Of a stretch of 64,000 bases of DNA, positions 59,826 through 64,000 are shown piece after piece. The number at the start of each line of letters is the position of its first letter. Position 1 is the first letter of the stretch. The stretch is from Owenia fusiformis (Eukaryota): assembly GCA_903813345.2 (NCBI GenBank), contig CAIIXF020000001.1, positions 31,558,001 to 31,622,000 of the forward strand, given 5' to 3'. A model generated the notes under the pieces. That model did not search any database. It worked only from the letters and a program-made list of their open reading frames with translations, and had not been told where the DNA came from. The position numbers and the translations under genes were made by a program.

Positions 59826-60581
59826 GGTGCTATGGAACTTAACAGGAAATGACAAAACAGGAAGTGACAATTTTTTTTGCATTTTTAGAAATTTTTTGAA
59901 CAAAGATAACAGAGTTCTGTTTTGACCTCCAGTCAATTCAACTAGTTCCAAATACCATTTACAGGTCCAGGATCACAATGTTCATGGTCAGAATGACCCT
60001 AAACATAATGAAATAACGTTTTCAGCCCTATGAAAATGTGACTGAAAAATAGCTAAAAGTAGGAGGGTAGGAAAGGTCACTGAACAGAATCTTTTGAATT
60101 TTTCAGAAAATGTGCCCAATATATTGCTCTAAATGATACAATCTTTGAAAATTTGATATCATTCATGGAAAAAGAAAAAAAATGAAAAAACTAATTTTAA
60201 AAGCGATTTATTTTCCTTTTTATGACTGTCATTTTTGTTTAAGACAATTTTCTAAAATTTCAAAGATTGTATCAGTTAGAGCGTTATATTGGGCACATTT
60301 TCTGAAAAATTCAAAAGATTCTGTTCAGTGACCTTCCCTAGCTCCTACTTTTAGCTTTTTTTCAGTCACACTTTCAAAGGGCTAAAAAGGGTATTTCATC
60401 ATGTTTAGGGTCATTCTGACCCTGCACATTGTGATCCTGGACCTGTAAATGGTATTTGGAACTAGTTGAATCGACTGGAGGTCAAAACACAACTCTGTTA
60501 TCTTTGGTCAAAAAATGTCTAAAAATGCAAAAAAATTTGTCACTTCTTGTTCTGTCATTTCCTGTTAACTTCCATAGCACC
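59826..60581. mobile_element. Palindromic TTAA-flanked MITE with ~330-bp inverted arms
   Basis: ttaa|ggtgctatggaa...ttccatagcacc|ttaa; the arms are near-perfect reverse complements. Confidence 0.88.
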
Positions 60582-60735
60582 TTAAAATAACATCTAAAAA
60601 ATTCTTACTCCAGAATCAACGTTTCCACTAGTGCCCGTTGGTCCACATGCCATGTCTTCTAGCCAAGTAATTTGGCTAGAGACTCGAGTAACCCAAGGAG
60701 ATACCCTTGGCTAATTCTACCTTTATTACTCTTAA

Positions 60736-61741
60736 GGCGACGCTATATTAAATAAAAAGTACAAAAAATGACTGCCATATTTTTTTGATAAAGACACATG
60801 TTTTTAAAATCTGTTTACCTTGTATATGAATTGTGTATCTTGACTAATGAAACATGTCAAAGTTAACATCACACGTAAACGCATTTTTCAAAACTATGAA
60901 TTGGAGGTGCATGGATCCCCAAAGCTAGCATGAAGAGTGCGAAGTGAGGCTAATTTTTAAAGTTTCAAGGAGTAGCCTTGCAACAGTCACACATTTGCAA
61001 ACGTCTAAAATTTCTACAAATCATCTTACCTTTCCCAGGAACAACGAAGGAGCATGAAAATGTGCACTCCTTGCATTGTTAGAGTATAATAAAGCTCAAA
61101 CCATTGTAAATTCTAAATATTTCATGTCCACATTTTGTTTGCCGGAACTACTTCTAGACTTCCTGATTAATCCTCATGCAAGTTTTGTGACTACACCAAG
61201 TGGCATGGATTATCAGTTGTATGTTTTATCTATTACAGTGTAATTATCATGATAGATACATGATAGAGGCTTTATGAATGATAAACAATGGAAACATGAA
61301 TGAAGATAACTCTGGACTAAAAAATAGTTCCAGGAAACAAAATGGTGGACATGAAATATTTAGAATTCACAATGGTTTGAGCTTTATTATACTCTAACAA
61401 TGCAAGAAGTACACATTTTCTTGCTCCTTCGTTGTTCCTTGGTAAGGTAAGACTATATCTAGAAATTTTGAATTATTGCAAATGTGTGTCTGTTGCAAGG
61501 CTACTCCTTGAAACTTTCAAAAAATAGCCTCACTTCGCACTCTTCATGCTAGCTTTTGGGAGCCATACACCTCCAATTCATAGTTATGAAAAATGCGTTT
61601 AAATGTGAGGTTTTCTTTTATGTGTCTCTTTAGTCAGGAAATGCATTCACATACAAGGAAAACAGTATACAAAATCTTCTGACTTTATCAAAAAAATATG
61701 GCTCCCATGTTTTTGTACTTTTGATTAACTTAAATGTCACC
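60736..61741. mobile_element. Palindromic TTAA-flanked MITE with ~410-bp inverted arms
   Basis: ttaa|ggcgac...gtcacc|ttaa; e.g. gctagcatgaagagtgcgaagtgaggcta (60924) vs tagcctcacttcgcactcttcatgctagc (61525). Confidence 0.82.
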
Positions 61742-62058
61742 TTAATTAGGTTCCTAATTTACATCATGGGCTTTACCACAGAGCCCATGTTTACATCAGC
61801 AATCACAAGATCAAAAAAATGATTTTGAACAATGTATTTTTCAGAGGAGTTGTCACTGACAAGCTATCGTACCACTATAATACATCAACCCTACCGCTAC
61901 TGTAAGTTGTGTGGCTGTCCTACATATATTTGTTGTTCTATGCAAAAGATCTATGTTTGGTTATTGATACATTAATAATATCAGTCAATATCTAAAACGG
62001 ATTAATTCACTCCACTTTGTACAAAGCCTTTGGGTTTGGAATCAATGAGCATCGTAAA

Positions 62059-62571
62059 TTACTCGAGTCTCTAGCCAATACTTGGCTAGAGGGGATTCAT
62101 CTGGAATACTGTGAACTCTATTTGAAAAAAGCTGCCGGGGTGTCATAAATTTATTGAATATTTTAAAAATCGCCAGATAAATAAATCATTAATCAAACCG
62201 GACCCAGCTCAAATCCTTGATGAGATATGACATGATTTCATCAGGATTTCGTCTAAAATTAAAACAAAATGGCTCCAAGAAAAATGGCGATGTTCGAAAA
62301 CTGGACGAAATGTCGTTACGTCTGACATTAGTAACTGGCTGTAAATTCTAAGTTAGCGATCCAGAAGATGTGAACTAATACACTGATCACTTTGTGTGTG
62401 TTTTGGAATTTTTGGTGAGGTAATAAGACCAAAACTCGCAATTCAAATTGTGATGTGGAAAAATGGCGGACATATGATTTCAAATTTTATGATTACGACA
62501 TTACCAGTTGTTCATGCAGGAATATATCTGTACTGGAAGGCCACGATACAGTGGCCTTAGAAGAAGGTAAA
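62059..62571. repeat. Dispersed ~515-bp repeat (copy 2, inverted relative to 33362-33877)
   Basis: Direct sequence comparison. Confidence 0.85.
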
Positions 62572-62629
62572 TCGTAAATGGCTAAAAAGTTGTTTCCTAT
62601 CTGACCTCATTATCAAAAGAAAATGTTCC

Positions 62630-62999
62630 AACTCACCTAAGATTTGCAGTATATTTTGAGAATGGAGTACGAGTCACATATTCAATGCATAAAACTGACC
62701 TATAAGAGTATATAAGTGATCGATAATCACATATATAACAAATTACGAAATAGGACTATTCAAACCGGAAGTTGACTATAACACCTTACAGCTTTTTGCA
62801 TTTGTTGAGATCAAATTTGGAGACTTTTGAGGGATTGAAATTTAATCTTATAGAATTTTTTGTTTGGAAATATCTAGGATAAAAGAAATAAAAAGTGTTC
62901 TTATAACTATTCTATTCAAGGTCAAGTTATTTACAAAATATTATTGGACTGTGTTTTCAACACTTTTCCGGTGGCCTCTTCCGGTGTTTGATATTTTCA
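62630..62999. promoter_or_regulatory. Putative bidirectional promoter FASTKD / RNASEH1 with ETS-type motifs
   Basis: ccggaagt at 62765, ttccgg at ~62966 and ~62979; minus-strand donor ttag|gtgagt at ~62636 could end a FASTKD 5'UTR exon. Confidence 0.55.
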
Positions 63000-63980
63000 A
63001 TGTTTAGACGATTTTATACATTTATCTCAAGTATATCACTTCCAAGAATGCCATATTATGCAGTAAAAGTCGGGAAGAAACCAGGAGTATATGAATCCTG
63101 GTATGCCTGTTCATATTCATAAAGCTTGTTGTGAGAAAGTAATAGATCTTGAGTCACTCTCACAGGGAGTTTTTAACCAAACCTGCCCAGTTATCTACTC
63201 CTGACGTCGTAGATCTACGACTTCGGGAGTAGATAACTGGGCCAGACGGGTTTGGTTAGGAGTTTTTTTTAGATCTACATCATATGTAGCCTACGGCTAA
63301 AGTCAGTCCCCTTTTATGTTTCTATAGCCTAGTCTAATATACATCTGTAGTCTATTATCACATGTTTAGGAGTTTCTCAGCATTTTGATCGGTAAATTGT
63401 GATGATGCATATTCCATATCACATGGTACATAACTCATTATCATGCGATATGGTGGACCATTTGATTTCAACCATCAGCCCATGTTTCAACAAAGAAGCC
63501 TATGTTATCATTACGGAGTCAATAGCAACAATATGACGTCACTGGTTATAATATCACTTCGTTAACAATGTAACACCACTCAAGTTACGCTTTCATTTAG
63601 TATTCTGTATGTTTGATGATGATATGTGAAATTCCCAAAAATCTACATACCTGCTCCTCTAATTATCGGTATTGTAATTGTATGCTAGATTTTAAAGGGT
63701 ACACTATAATTACATTGGAGTACATAAAGTAATTGAACTATTAATATGATATACATACAGGAAAAGTGTAATATTCATCACTAGGTGTCTTGTTTTTGTA
63801 TTTCCAGGGGGGAATGTGAAGCGCAAGTTAAGGGATTTAATGGAGCTAAATATAAGAAATTTCCAACAGAAAGAGAAGCCAAAGAATTTGCTGGTGTTGC
63901 CTCTTCCAGTGTAGAATCACCATATAGACAGCCTCAAGCTTCTACATCAAATACAGCTAAATCACTAAAGAGGCCATATG
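63000..63980 (+). CDS. RNASEH1: Ribonuclease H1, first two coding exons (hybrid-binding domain); gene continues beyond the window
   Basis: Exon 63000-63100 MFRRFYTFISSISLPRMPYYAVKVGKKPGVYESW and exon 63808-63980 GECEAQVKGFNGAKYKKFPTEREAKEFA...; YYAV..G...GVY..W.EC..QV.GF..A.YKKF....EA..F is the RNase H1 N-terminal hybrid-binding domain. The catalytic domain is not in the window. Confidence 0.9.
63174..63258. mobile_element. 85-bp palindromic mini-MITE with 8-bp TSD
   Basis: ggagtttt|taaccaaacc...gcccagttatctactcc..gtcgtagatctacgac..ggagtagataactgggc...ggtttggtta|ggagtttt. Confidence 0.8.
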
Positions 63981-64000
63981 GTAACTAAAGACAAGTTTCT

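Overview
AT-rich, intron-rich eukaryotic genomic DNA, most likely from an invertebrate animal (inferred from the repeat types; species not identifiable). The ORF track is mostly spurious, so I built gene models by hand from GT-AG junctions and reading-frame continuity. Five spliced genes are supported: (1) the 3' part of a FACIT-like collagen (+, to 9769), with two pairs of duplicated, equal-length, probably mutually exclusive exons; (2) MRPL13 (-, 16244-30956); (3) a Lifeguard/TMBIM membrane protein (+, 35529-43724); (4) a FAST-kinase/RAP-domain mitochondrial protein (-, 53557-58882); (5) the first two exons of RNase H1 (+, from 63000), with two in-frame ATGs. Genes 2/3 and 4/5 are head-to-head around CCGGAAGT motifs. 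Introns and intergenic DNA are rich in mobile DNA: an apparently very young Penelope-like (GIY-YIG) insertion forming a 599-bp inverted repeat with a candidate variant hammerhead ribozyme, a ~6-kb foldback element, nested Helentron-like (HINE) elements, TTAA-, TA-, 5-bp- and 8-bp-TSD MITEs, and an element with 48-bp-periodic palindromic repeats next to a tRNA-like Pol III cassette. No database searches or folding programs were run.
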